Virus record (IMG/VR): IMGVR_UViG_3300034101_001021
Coordinates: 1-63,400 of that record
Length of the DNA: 63,400 bases
Direction: 5' to 3' (one strand)
From: a virus
Lineage: Duplodnaviria; Caudoviricetes
The position numbers were made by a program, and so were the translations under genes. This document shows positions 15,417 through 24,993 of the stretch, one piece after another; within the stretch, counting starts at the first letter, position 1; each line of letters begins with the position of its first letter. The notes beneath the pieces are model-generated. The model made no database searches, had not been told where the DNA came from, and saw only the letters and a program-made list of their open reading frames with translations.

Positions 15417-15644
15417 ATGACGGATGCTCAGAGAGAGATATATGTAGTGATAGAGGGCTGGTGGAATAAGTTTGGTTATGGGCCGTCTATAGACAATATT
15501 ATGCTTGTGACTGGGGACAAGGGCCGTGGGAATGTGCATAGGAAGATCAAGGCGTTGCTGAAGGCTGGCTACTTGAAAGGTCGGCCTAGGGCGCCGAGGT
15601 CTGTGAGGCCGTCGTATATGCGGGTTCACAAAGTCGTTAAGTGA
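15417..15644 (+). CDS. LexA DNA-binding-domain-only protein
   Basis: MT.AQREIY..I...W...GYGPS..., VHR.IKAL...GYL...P..PRS; no peptidase domain. Confidence 0.8.
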   Translation: MTDAQREIYVVIEGWWNKFGYGPSIDNIMLVTGDKGRGNVHRKIKALLKAGYLKGRPRAPRSVRPSYMRVHKVVK

Positions 15645-17137
15645 AGATATTAGAGATCCTTGATGCTCTTCCTGAAGGGGAGAGGGAGTCTTTAGTTCAG
15701 ATGGCTCTACAGTATCAAGAGGCCATGTCTAGGGAGGCGGGGCAGAAGCAGTTCTTGTCCTTTGTGAAGACGATGTGGCCGGGGTTTATTAGTGGCCGAC
15801 ATCATGCTGTCATGGCAAAGAAGTTTGAAGAGATCGCTGAGGGGAAGCTAAAGAGGCTGATCATCAATATGCCGCCTCGACATACAAAGTCAGAGTTTGC
15901 TTCTTTCTTGTTGCCGGCGTGGTTTTTGGGAAGGTTCCCAGATAAGAAGATCATCCAGACTTCCCATACGGCAGAACTTGCTGTCGGATTTGGTCGGAAA
16001 GTTAGAAACCTGGTTGATAGCGACGCGTATGCAAAAGTCTTCCCTAATGTAGCCCTACGGCATGACTCCAAAGCGGCTGGACGATGGTCTACTAATAAGA
16101 GCGGGGAATACTTTGCTATTGGTATCGGGGGTGCTGTAACAGGTAAAGGGGCGGATCTACTGATTATTGACGATCCACACTCGGAGCAAGAGGCTGCTTT
16201 AGCCGAGATCAACCCTGAGATCTACGATAAAACGTATGAATGGTTTACCTCTGGTCCTCGTCAGAGGTTACAGCCTGGCGGGTCCATAGTCGTCGTTATG
16301 ACTCGATGGTCGAAGAAAGATTTAACCGGCCAAGTCTTAAAAGCAAGCGCCCAGAGAGAGGGGGATGAGTGGGAAGTTATCGAGTTCCCCGCGATTCTTC
16401 CGTCTAAAAAGCCTCTATGGCCTGAGTTCTGGCCGTTAGAAGAGCTACAAGCACTTAGAAATGAGCTGCCAAACTCTAAATGGATGGCGCAGTATCAACA
16501 AAATCCGACGTCAGAGTCGGCTGCGATCATCAAAAGAGAGTGGTGGAGGACATGGATACACGATGACCCTCCTCAGTGTGACTACACATTGATGTCTTGG
16601 GACACGGCGTTTGAAGCAAACAACCGAGCTGACTACTCGGCCTGTACTTTATGGGGGATATTTGATCATCCAGACGAGACTGGCACCCCTCAGTCGAACA
16701 TTATTCTTCTAAACGCCTTTAGAGACAGGATGGAATTCCCTGAATTGAAGAAAAGGGCAATTCAGAATTACAAAGATTGGGAGCCAGACTCAGTAATTAT
16801 TGAGAAAAAGGCGTCAGGTGCCCCGTTGATTTATGAGTTACGGGCCATGGGTATCCCTGTACAAGAATTTACCCCTGTCCGGGGGAACGACAAGATAACA
16901 AGACTTAATGCCGTATCAGATATTTTTGCTTCTGGGAGAGTTTGGGCGCCGACTACGCGTTGGGCCGAAGAAGTTGTAGATGAAGTAGCGGCATTTCCTG
17001 CTGGAGAACATGACGACTATGTAGACGCAACGTCTCTTGCCATCATGAGGTTTCGTAAAGGGGGCTTTATCCGTACACTATTAGATCAAGAGGACGACCC
17101 TCCCACACTTAGACGGCGAAACGAGCCGTATTACTGA
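15641..17137 (+). CDS. terL: Terminase large subunit
   Basis: INMPPRHTKS Walker A, LIIDDP Walker B, SWDTA, IEKKASG, HDDYVDA. Confidence 0.97.
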   Translation: MKILEILDALPEGERESLVQMALQYQEAMSREAGQKQFLSFVKTMWPGFISGRHHAVMAKKFEEIAEGKLKRLIINMPPRHTKSEFASFLLPAWFLGRFPDKKIIQTSHTAELAVGFGRKVRNLVDSDAYAKVFPNVALRHDSKAAGRWSTNKSGEYFAIGIGGAVTGKGADLLIIDDPHSEQEAALAEINPEIYDKTYEWFTSGPRQRLQPGGSIVVVMTRWSKKDLTGQVLKASAQREGDEWEVIEFPAILPSKKPLWPEFWPLEELQALRNELPNSKWMAQYQQNPTSESAAIIKREWWRTWIHDDPPQCDYTLMSWDTAFEANNRADYSACTLWGIFDHPDETGTPQSNIILLNAFRDRMEFPELKKRAIQNYKDWEPDSVIIEKKASGAPLIYELRAMGIPVQEFTPVRGNDKITRLNAVSDIFASGRVWAPTTRWAEEVVDEVAAFPAGEHDDYVDATSLAIMRFRKGGFIRTLLDQEDDPPTLRRRNEPYY

Positions 17138-17147
17138 GGAATAAGAC

Positions 17148-19658
17148 ATGGCTATCGAAAAAGCACTGAACCAAGCGCCCCTTGGAATGGGTACGGACAT
17201 GATGGAAGATCAAGAGCCGGCTATTGAAATTGAGATTGAAGATCCAGAGTCCGTAAAGATTGGGATTGGCGATCTGGAGATTGAGTTTGAGAAGCAGGAA
17301 ATGTCTGATGAAGACTTTAACTCTAATCTGGCTGAGTCAATGGACTCAGAAGCCTTAGCGACTATCGCCGGAGAACTCATTGGCGACTACGACGACGACA
17401 TTTCGTCTCGTAAAGACTGGATACAGACCTATGTAGACGGCCTAGAACTTCTCGGAATGAAGATTGAAGAGCGGGCTGAGCCGTGGGAAGGCGCGTGTGG
17501 TGTGTATCACCCGTTACTTTCTGAAGCCTTGGTGAAATTTCAGGCAGAAACCATGATGTCCACGTTTCCTGCCTCGGGCCCGGTCAAAACACAGATCGTC
17601 GGCAAAGAGACGCCAGAGAAAAAAGAAGCTGCAAAGCGCGTTCAAGACGATATGAACTATCAGTTGATGGACGTAATGAAAGAATATCGTCCAGAACATG
17701 AGAGGATGCTCTGGGGCCTGGGGCTTTCTGGTAATGCGTTCAAAAAGGTCTATTACGACCCAAATATTGAGCGACAAGTTTCGTTGTTTGTCCCGGCAGA
17801 AGACATTGTTGTTCCCTATGGAGCCTCTGATCTTGAGTCTGCCGAGCGCGTAACCCACGTTATGCGGAAAACAGAGAATGAACTACGTCGTCTCCAAGTC
17901 TCTGGTTTCTATGCAGACGTAGATCTCGGTCCTCCAAACAATATTCTCGACGAAGTAGAGAAGAAGATCGCTGAGAAGCTGGGATTTAGAGCGACGAGTG
18001 ACTCGCGATACAAGATTCTTGAAATGCACGTGGAGTTAGACCTCGCTGGCCACGAACACCGTGACGATAAAGGCGAACTAACAGGTATCGCTCTTCCATA
18101 TGTTGTAACTATTGAGAAGGGATCGAACACAATCCTGGCGATTCGTCGTAACTGGGAGCCCGATGATGAGACGTATCAAAAACGACAACATTTTGTTCAT
18201 TACGGATACGTTCCGGGCTTTGGGTTTTACTATTTCGGTCTTATTCACCTTGTTGGTGCTTTTGCCAAGTCTGGTACTTCTCTCATTCGTCAGTTGGTTG
18301 ATGCTGGAACACTATCGAATCTGCCGGGAGGCTTTAAAGCGCGGGGTCTGCGCGTTAAAGGCGATGACACACCGATAGCGCCAGGCGAGTTCCGTGACGT
18401 AGATGTCCCATCAGGTTCTATTAAAGATAACCTGATGCCGCTGCCGTACAAAGAGCCAAGTCAAACTCTGTATCAATTGTTCAATACGATCATTGAAGAG
18501 GGCCGTAGGTTTGCAAATACCGCAGACCTTCAGATCTCTGATATGTCTGCCCAGGCTCCGGTAGGAACTACGCTGGCAATCCTTGAGCGCACACTCAAAA
18601 CCATGTCGGCAGTCCAGGCCCGCGTTCATTACTCGATGAAGCAGGAGCTTGGGTTACTCAAGCAGATCATCGCGGCATACACACCTGATGAATACAGCTA
18701 TGAACCTGTAGACGGACATCGCAGGGCGAAGAAAGCAGACTATGACGATGTTGATGTCATCCCGGTATCCGATCCAAACGCGTCAACGATGGCGCAGAAG
18801 ATCGTTCAGTATCAGGCGGTCATGCAATTGGCGCAGGCGGCTCCCAATCTCTATAACCTTCCGCTTCTTCACAGGCAGATGCTCGACGTACTAGGGATTA
18901 AAGACGCGCAGAAGTTAGTCCCCATGGACGAAGATCAGAAGCCAGAAGATCCTGTTACAGAGAATCAAAACATTCTTCGCAGCAAGCCAGTGAAGGCGTT
19001 TATGTACCAGGACCACAGAGCGCACATCACGGTCCACATGTCTGCTATGCAAGACCCAATGATCCAGCAGCTCTTAAAAGACAATCCTGCTGCCGGACAG
19101 ATGCAAGCGGCCATGATGAATCACATCAATGAGCACCTTGGCATGGAGTATCGCAAGCAGATTGAATTGCAGCTTGGATTCAATCTGCCGCCGACACAAG
19201 ACGAAGCTGGTGATGACATTCACATTAATCCAGAAGTCGAAGCCCGTCTTGCCCCGATGTTGGCTCAAGCCGCACAAAGATTACTGGCACAAAACCAGGC
19301 GCAAGTTGCACAACAACAAGCGCAGCAGCAGGCCCAAGATCCGATCATACAAATGCAGCAACAAGAGCTTGCAATTAAACAGGCCGAGGTACAACGCAAG
19401 GCCCAGAAAGATCAAGCAGACATTGATCTACGTAAACGCCAGCAGGAGATCGAGGCTGGCCGCATCATCGCCCAGAACGAAATGGCAAAACAAAAACTCC
19501 AGGTTGATCAACAAATGGAGGCCATTAAAGCTGCGGCAGAAATGCGTGATGGCAGAGAGAAAGAAATCATTCGTCTTGGTGCTGATATTGCCAAGCAGCT
19601 CTCTAGCCAGGCGCATCAGAAAGAATTGCAACGTCAACCACAACCAAAGGTTAAGTAA
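17148..19658 (+). CDS. Portal protein (long C-terminal coiled coil)
   Basis: 836 aa after terL; G.AFKKVYYD, GFYYFGL; Q-rich barrel-like tail. Confidence 0.9.
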   Translation: MAIEKALNQAPLGMGTDMMEDQEPAIEIEIEDPESVKIGIGDLEIEFEKQEMSDEDFNSNLAESMDSEALATIAGELIGDYDDDISSRKDWIQTYVDGLELLGMKIEERAEPWEGACGVYHPLLSEALVKFQAETMMSTFPASGPVKTQIVGKETPEKKEAAKRVQDDMNYQLMDVMKEYRPEHERMLWGLGLSGNAFKKVYYDPNIERQVSLFVPAEDIVVPYGASDLESAERVTHVMRKTENELRRLQVSGFYADVDLGPPNNILDEVEKKIAEKLGFRATSDSRYKILEMHVELDLAGHEHRDDKGELTGIALPYVVTIEKGSNTILAIRRNWEPDDETYQKRQHFVHYGYVPGFGFYYFGLIHLVGAFAKSGTSLIRQLVDAGTLSNLPGGFKARGLRVKGDDTPIAPGEFRDVDVPSGSIKDNLMPLPYKEPSQTLYQLFNTIIEEGRRFANTADLQISDMSAQAPVGTTLAILERTLKTMSAVQARVHYSMKQELGLLKQIIAAYTPDEYSYEPVDGHRRAKKADYDDVDVIPVSDPNASTMAQKIVQYQAVMQLAQAAPNLYNLPLLHRQMLDVLGIKDAQKLVPMDEDQKPEDPVTENQNILRSKPVKAFMYQDHRAHITVHMSAMQDPMIQQLLKDNPAAGQMQAAMMNHINEHLGMEYRKQIELQLGFNLPPTQDEAGDDIHINPEVEARLAPMLAQAAQRLLAQNQAQVAQQQAQQQAQDPIIQMQQQELAIKQAEVQRKAQKDQADIDLRKRQQEIEAGRIIAQNEMAKQKLQVDQQMEAIKAAAEMRDGREKEIIRLGADIAKQLSSQAHQKELQRQPQPKVK

Positions 19659-19846
19659 TGGATGCACTCGACATAATAGTTGAACAAACCGACGAGAAGG
19701 TCGAGCAATTAAAGAATCACTTGGCAGAAGGCAAGTGTGAGTCGTTTGAAGAGTACAAAAGAATTTGCGGTGAGATCCGGGGTCTGCTCATCGCAAGGGG
19801 GTACACATTAGACCTCAAACAAAAGATGGAGAACTCGGATGAGTAG
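19658..19846 (+). CDS. Small conserved head-module protein
   Basis: L..G...FEEYK..CGEI.GL. Confidence 0.75.
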   Translation: MDALDIIVEQTDEKVEQLKNHLAEGKCESFEEYKRICGEIRGLLIARGYTLDLKQKMENSDE

Positions 19847-20255
19847 TCTGTTAATCGGTACAAATCCCGATCAACCCCAGGTTGTAGGCTCGATTGACCT
19901 AGAAGCAACAAACGAAGAGAAGGCAAGGCAGTTACCTAAACCATCTGGATACCGCATCTTGTGCGCGATTCCAGACATAGAGAAAGAGTATGAAAGCGGT
20001 TTAGTAAAAGCAGATACAACAATTCATTTTGAAGAGTTGTTGACCACGGTCCTATTTGTAGTTGATATGGGGCCAGATTGTTATAAAGACCCGACCCGTT
20101 TCCCGACTGGTGCCTGGTGCAAACAAGGCGACTTTGTACTCGTCCGCCCCAATGCAGGAACCAGAGTTGTTATTCATGGCAAAGAGTTTCGCCTGATTAA
20201 CGATGACTCGGTAGAAGCGGTTGTTCAAGACCCACGCGGCATTAAACGCAAATAA
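19839..20255 (+). CDS. groES: Co-chaperonin GroES-like protein
   Basis: P.GYRIL, SGL, V..MGP, GDFV, AGT.V...GKEFRLINDDSV.AVV. Confidence 0.85.
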   Translation: MSSLLIGTNPDQPQVVGSIDLEATNEEKARQLPKPSGYRILCAIPDIEKEYESGLVKADTTIHFEELLTTVLFVVDMGPDCYKDPTRFPTGAWCKQGDFVLVRPNAGTRVVIHGKEFRLINDDSVEAVVQDPRGIKRK

Positions 20256-20267
20256 CAGGAGGACAAG

Positions 20268-21227
20268 ATGCCTGAATTAGAGAAAAACGATTTTCAGTTT
20301 CCCGACGAAAAGCGCGAGTTAAGCGTAACTATGGAAGCCTCTGACGACAAAGTTGAGGTGGAGATAGAAGACGACACTCCAGCAGAAGATCGGGGCCGAC
20401 AGCCTCTCCCTATGCCTCTAAGAGAAGAATTAGAAAAAGACGATCTTGAGTCATACGACGAGGAAGTTAAACAAAAACTAAAGCAGATGCGTAAAGTCTG
20501 GCATGACGAGCGCCGAGAGAAAGAGGCTGCTTATCGTGAGCAGCAAGAGGCGGTTCAGTTTGCTCAGAAGCTAATGAATGAGAACAAGCGTATTAAGCAG
20601 ATCCTCGATACCGGGGGTAAAGAATATGCGACGACTCTGCAAGAAGCGGCTGGTTTAAAGCTAAAAATGGCTGAGCAGCTATACAAAGAAGCCTATGATT
20701 CTGGTGATTCTGACAAGGTATTAGAGGCGCAAAAGGCACTGCAAGAGGCTCATATTCGGGCCATGCAGGCGCAGCACTTCCAAATGCCCACTTTACAAGA
20801 GGAAAATTTTCAGGTACAAAATAATTATGAGACCCAGGCGCCCGTCGCCCGGACCAATCCCAAGTTAAATGCGTGGCAAGAACGCAACCCTTGGTATGGC
20901 CAGGATGACGAAATGACCGCGACTGCTCTAGGGCTACACGAAAAGCTCAAGAAGTCGGGGGAAGTGGAGATTGGGTCCGACGAGTATTACGCGATTTTGG
21001 ACAGAACAATTCGCAAACGGTTTCCAGAGCAGTTTGAGGAACCGGAAGTTCAAAAGGCAAGAACTGATCGGACAAAACCGAGCACAGTGGTAGCCCCAGC
21101 AGTTCGCAGCACGGCTTCTAACAGAATAAAGCTGAAAGCGAGCCAGGTAGCACTGGCAAAAAGGTTGGGATTAACCCCTGAACAGTACGCCATTGAACAA
21201 CGTAAATTGGAGGCCCAAAATGGCTGA
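20268..21227 (+). CDS. Capsid scaffolding protein
   Basis: Acidic N-terminus, coiled coil, W..RNPWYG, C-terminal AKRLGLTPEQYA. Confidence 0.75.
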   Translation: MPELEKNDFQFPDEKRELSVTMEASDDKVEVEIEDDTPAEDRGRQPLPMPLREELEKDDLESYDEEVKQKLKQMRKVWHDERREKEAAYREQQEAVQFAQKLMNENKRIKQILDTGGKEYATTLQEAAGLKLKMAEQLYKEAYDSGDSDKVLEAQKALQEAHIRAMQAQHFQMPTLQEENFQVQNNYETQAPVARTNPKLNAWQERNPWYGQDDEMTATALGLHEKLKKSGEVEIGSDEYYAILDRTIRKRFPEQFEEPEVQKARTDRTKPSTVVAPAVRSTASNRIKLKASQVALAKRLGLTPEQYAIEQRKLEAQNG

Positions 21228-21672
21228 ACAAACTAGAGCTTCACGCGATGTAGCAACCCGAGCAACAACCGAGCGCCCCAAACAGTGGGCGCCAGCGGAG
21301 TTACTCCCAGAGCCAGACAAAGAAGCTGGGTATGCTTATCGATGGATTCGTGTTTCCATGTTGAATCAGGCTGACCCACGTAACCTTTCTTCCAAAATGA
21401 GAGAGGGCTGGGAGCCGGTTCGGATTGAGGAACAACCGAAATTCCAACTGTTACTAGATCCCAATAGTCGTTTTAAAGACAACATTGAGATCGGCGGGTT
21501 GTTGTTATGCAAAACCCCAGAAGAGCTAGTTGACCAGAGGTCTAAACACTTTCGTGGCCAGACCCAAGCTCAGACGGAGGCTGTTGACAATACCCTTATG
21601 CGGCAAAGCGATCCGAGGATGCCAATCTTTAAAGAGCGGAAATCATCGAGTAGCTTTGGTAAAGGAACTTAA
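21220..21672 (+). CDS. Conserved head-module protein
   Basis: GGAGG RBS; YRWIR, EGWEPV, GGLLLCK. Confidence 0.75.
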   Translation: MAEQTRASRDVATRATTERPKQWAPAELLPEPDKEAGYAYRWIRVSMLNQADPRNLSSKMREGWEPVRIEEQPKFQLLLDPNSRFKDNIEIGGLLLCKTPEELVDQRSKHFRGQTQAQTEAVDNTLMRQSDPRMPIFKERKSSSSFGKGT

Positions 21673-21687
21673 ACTTAGGAGTTAAAA

Positions 21688-22344
21688 ATGGCTTACCCTA
21701 CTGTTAGCAAGCCTTATGGTTTGCAACCGATCAATTTGATCGGCGGTCAGGTCTTTGCCGGAGCAACTCGCTATCGTCGTATTGCCAGTGCTTATGCAAC
21801 GGCAATCTTCTATGGCGATCTGGTAAAACTGACAACGGACGGCACTGTTGTTCTAGCTAATGAAACCTCCACGGGTCCTTCAACGGGATTTGCTGGCGTC
21901 TTTCTTGGCTGTACATACACCGACCCCACAAGCAAGCAGATTCGTTTCCAACAGTTTTACCCTGGTGCGATTACTGTTCCCACTGGTACGTTTATTAACG
22001 CCATCATTGCTGACGATCCTGACACTCTGTTTAAGGTTGTTGTGGTCTCTGGCACGACGGTTGTTACTGGCGTTCAGTACAGTGCAATTGGTGAAAATGC
22101 TGACCTGGTGCAAAACACTGGATCGACGGTGACTGGTAATTCCGCAGTTGCTATTAACGCAACTACCGGAACTGCCAAGACAAAACCTATCCGTATTGTG
22201 GATGTTGTTACTGACACTTCTTATATCTCTAGTGGAAACGTTCTGTTCCCAGAGGTAATCGTCAAGATCAATGCTCCCTCGATGGATGGTGATGGCGTGT
22301 CATCCGGCGGCCATATGTACAACAACCCGCTTGGCATTGCTTAA
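21688..22344 (+). CDS. Putative capsid decoration/cement protein
   Basis: Beta-rich, just before MCP; PYGL.P, IFYGDLV, GVF.GC.Y, DDP. Confidence 0.65.
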   Translation: MAYPTVSKPYGLQPINLIGGQVFAGATRYRRIASAYATAIFYGDLVKLTTDGTVVLANETSTGPSTGFAGVFLGCTYTDPTSKQIRFQQFYPGAITVPTGTFINAIIADDPDTLFKVVVVSGTTVVTGVQYSAIGENADLVQNTGSTVTGNSAVAINATTGTAKTKPIRIVDVVTDTSYISSGNVLFPEVIVKINAPSMDGDGVSSGGHMYNNPLGIA

Positions 22345-22355
22345 GGAGCTAAATC

Positions 22356-23261
22356 ATGGCTATTTCACGCGCACAACTACTGAAAGAGCTTCTCCCTGGC
22401 CTGAACGCATTGTTCGGTATGGAGTATGCTCGCTACGGCGAAGAGCACAAAGAAGTCTACGAAACAGAGACTTCCGAGCGTTCTTTTGAAGAGGAAACCA
22501 AGCTCTCTGGCTTCTCAGCAGCGCCGGTCAAGAACGAAGGTTCGGCCATCGCTTATGACAATGCCCAGGAAGCCTGGACGGCTCGCTATAACCACGAAAC
22601 CATTGCTCTTGGTTTCTCGCTGACCGAAGAGGCCATCGAGGACAACCTGTACGACAGCCTGTCTGCTCGTTACACCAAAGCGCTGGCCCGTGCTATGGCT
22701 TACACCAAGCAGGTGAAAGCGGCTGCGGTTCTGAACAACGGCTTTGACGCCGCCTATCCAGGTGGTGACGGAGTTGCCCTGTTCTCTAACGCACACCCGC
22801 TGGTATCTGGCGGCACCAACAGCAACATCCCCACCACCCCCACGGACCTGAACGAGACGTCTCTTGAGAACGCCGTCATTCAGATCGCCGCTTGGACGGA
22901 TGAGCGCGGGTTGCTGATCGCCGCTCGGCCCAAGAAGCTCGTTGTTCCCCCCGCACTCCAGTTCGTGGCCACCCGTCTCCTTGAGACTGAGCTGCGTGTT
23001 GGTACGGCTGACAACGACATCAACGCCATCAAGAACAATGGTTCGATCCCCGAGGGATACACCATTAACCACTTCTTGACCGATACCAACGCTTGGTTCC
23101 TTACCACGGACGTACCCAATGGTATGAAGCACTTCGTTCGGGTTCCTTTGCAGAATTCCATGGACGGGGACTTCGACACAGGAAACGTACGTTATAAATC
23201 CCGTGAAAGGTACTCCTTTGGGTGGAGCGATCCGCTCGGGATGTTCGGTTCAGCAGGCTAA
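22356..23261 (+). CDS. Major capsid protein (Mu gpT-like)
   Basis: AISRAQLLKELLPGLN, GGDG..LF...HP, LVVPPAL, TDT.AWFL, DFDTGN.RYK.RERYSFGWSD. Confidence 0.9.
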   Translation: MAISRAQLLKELLPGLNALFGMEYARYGEEHKEVYETETSERSFEEETKLSGFSAAPVKNEGSAIAYDNAQEAWTARYNHETIALGFSLTEEAIEDNLYDSLSARYTKALARAMAYTKQVKAAAVLNNGFDAAYPGGDGVALFSNAHPLVSGGTNSNIPTTPTDLNETSLENAVIQIAAWTDERGLLIAARPKKLVVPPALQFVATRLLETELRVGTADNDINAIKNNGSIPEGYTINHFLTDTNAWFLTTDVPNGMKHFVRVPLQNSMDGDFDTGNVRYKSRERYSFGWSDPLGMFGSAG

Positions 23262-23285
23262 ACCCAATAGAATCAAGGGTTTAAG

Positions 23286-23307
23286 AGGGGACTTCGGTCC
23301 CCTTTTT
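23286..23307 (+). terminator. Rho-independent terminator after the major capsid gene
   Basis: AGGGGAC-TTCG-GTCCCCT-TTTT. Confidence 0.9.
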
Positions 23308-23316
23308 ATTTCCATG

Positions 23317-23345
23317 TTGCGTTATTTGTTATGTTGAGGTAAGAT
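23317..23345 (+). promoter_or_regulatory. sigma70 promoter for the homing endonuclease
   Basis: TTGCGT-17 bp-TAAGAT. Confidence 0.55.
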
Positions 23346-23372
23346 GGTCGCACTCTACAAAAGGAGGCAGTC

Positions 23373-24098
23373 ATGGGAATGGGTATCTATAAGATCATCA
23401 ACGTGGTTAACAACAAGTTCTATGTAGGCAGTGCGGTCAACTTTAGCCGCAGGAAAGCCAGGCACTTTTCAGAGTTACGCCACAACAAACACAACAACCG
23501 GTGGTTGCAAGCATCGTGGAATAAACATGGAGAAAGTGCGTTTGTGTTTGCCGTAGTGGAAGAGGTTCAAGACAAAACCTTGCTGCTTGAGGTAGAGAAT
23601 CGTTGGTTGAAAGATCACGTTGGTAAAGAGTATTGCTACAACCTTGGCGTTGACGCTACTGCTCCGATGCTTGGAATGTCTGGAGAATCAAGCCCAACTT
23701 GGGGGTACAAGCACACACCAGAGGCTATAGCAATTATTACTTCTGCTTCTATGGGTCGTAAACACACCCCAGAAGATATAGAAAAAATTCGTCAACATTG
23801 GATTGGTAAACCAAAGTCTGCCGCTACCCGCGCCAAGATCTCGGCCACACTCTCCGGTGAGGGCAACTTCTGGTATGGCAAAAAACGACCTGATCATGGC
23901 GCCAAAGTAAGCAAACCTGTTGTTGTTACAGATCCTTTCGGGAAAACTATGGAGTACGCCAGCATTTCTATCCTGCGAGAAGAGATAAAACTAAAGCCGC
24001 CGACAGTTAACCGGGCGCTGAAATCTGGCAAGCCGTTGAGCCGTGGACCTTATAAGGGCTGGTCCTTTAAATACCTTGACTCCCTCCCTAATCCCTGA
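23373..24098 (+). mobile_element. Free-standing GIY-YIG homing endonuclease with NUMOD3-like repeats
   Basis: GIYKI.N.VN.KFYVGSA, R..H, E..W, YN; G.KHT.E and KS..TR.KIS repeats; C-terminal HTH. Confidence 0.9.
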
Positions 24099-24108
24099 TA
24101 CAAAGAGA

Positions 24109-24181
24109 TAAGTCTAGGATTTATCACCCATGCAGACTGGCCTAGCAGACTTAGTAGAGACGGCATGGGAATGTGCTACTA
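24109..24181 (+). ncRNA. Candidate multi-pseudoknot leader RNA
   Basis: Three interlocking helices (see finding); upstream TTGACT-17-TACAAA promoter at 24076-24104. Confidence 0.55.
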
Positions 24182-24196
24182 CACAAGGAGGCTTTA

Positions 24197-24772
24197 ATGG
24201 CCCGCACTACCTTCTCCGGCCCAGTCGCGTCGGATAACGGCTTTATCTCTGGTACCGTAACCGATGAGATTTCGGTAACTACCGCATCAAACGTTTCTTC
24301 TTCCTACGTTTCGGCTTCCAATACTACTGGTGACGTTCGTCTGAACTACAGCCGTCTGACCTTTACCTCTACTGGTTCTGGTGAGACCGCACGGTTCCTG
24401 ACCCGCGTAACTGGCGCTGGCGCTGCTACTGGCGGCACGGTAAACGGCGCTCATATCTCCCTGTCCATTAATGGATCTGGAACGATCTCCGGTGCTGGTA
24501 ATGCTCTGCGTCTGACCCTTGGCGGATCGTCTACCAACCCTGGTGGCACGATTGCAGCTCTCCAGCTGGACTCTGACTTTGCTTCTGGTGGCACCTGGAC
24601 CAATGCTTCGTACATTCGCTGCACGAACTCTGGTACTGGCACGATTGGCACGTTTGCGGTTCTGCCCAATGCCATGATCGCAACCCAGTCGTCTGCTGCC
24701 GTATCTCATGTTATTGCCATTAAGAACGCTTCTGGTACCCCGTACTACCTCATGGTATCCAACGCGGCCTAA
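24197..24772 (+). CDS. Virion structural protein (G/S/T-rich)
   Basis: AAGGAGG RBS; MARTTFSGPV.S.NGF N-terminus. Confidence 0.75.
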   Translation: MARTTFSGPVASDNGFISGTVTDEISVTTASNVSSSYVSASNTTGDVRLNYSRLTFTSTGSGETARFLTRVTGAGAATGGTVNGAHISLSINGSGTISGAGNALRLTLGGSSTNPGGTIAALQLDSDFASGGTWTNASYIRCTNSGTGTIGTFAVLPNAMIATQSSAAVSHVIAIKNASGTPYYLMVSNAA

Positions 24773-24993
24773 TGGAAATTACTAAAGAGTTTCTTCTAGC
24801 CGAGATCAAGAAAATGGAGCAGCAACGTGACCACGCGCATGATGTGGCCGTTGCTTCCCAGGCGTCAATAGACACCATGCAGGCTTTGTTGGCGCGTCTT
24901 GATCTTCCCGAGGAAGAGGGGCTGAAATTTTCGGACTTAGGTCTACCTGACCCAGTGCCGATCTCGGAGATACAAGATGGCAATGCAATATGA
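24772..24993 (+). CDS. Small coiled-coil protein
   Basis: TAATG-coupled ORF. Confidence 0.65.
   Translation: MEITKEFLLAEIKKMEQQRDHAHDVAVASQASIDTMQALLARLDLPEEEGLKFSDLGLPDPVPISEIQDGNAI

Noticed and set aside
23262-24196. Group I intron carrying the GIY-YIG gene
   Set aside because: MCP ends with its conserved C-terminus, a stop and a terminator; the next gene has its own RBS and start; no room for an intron core
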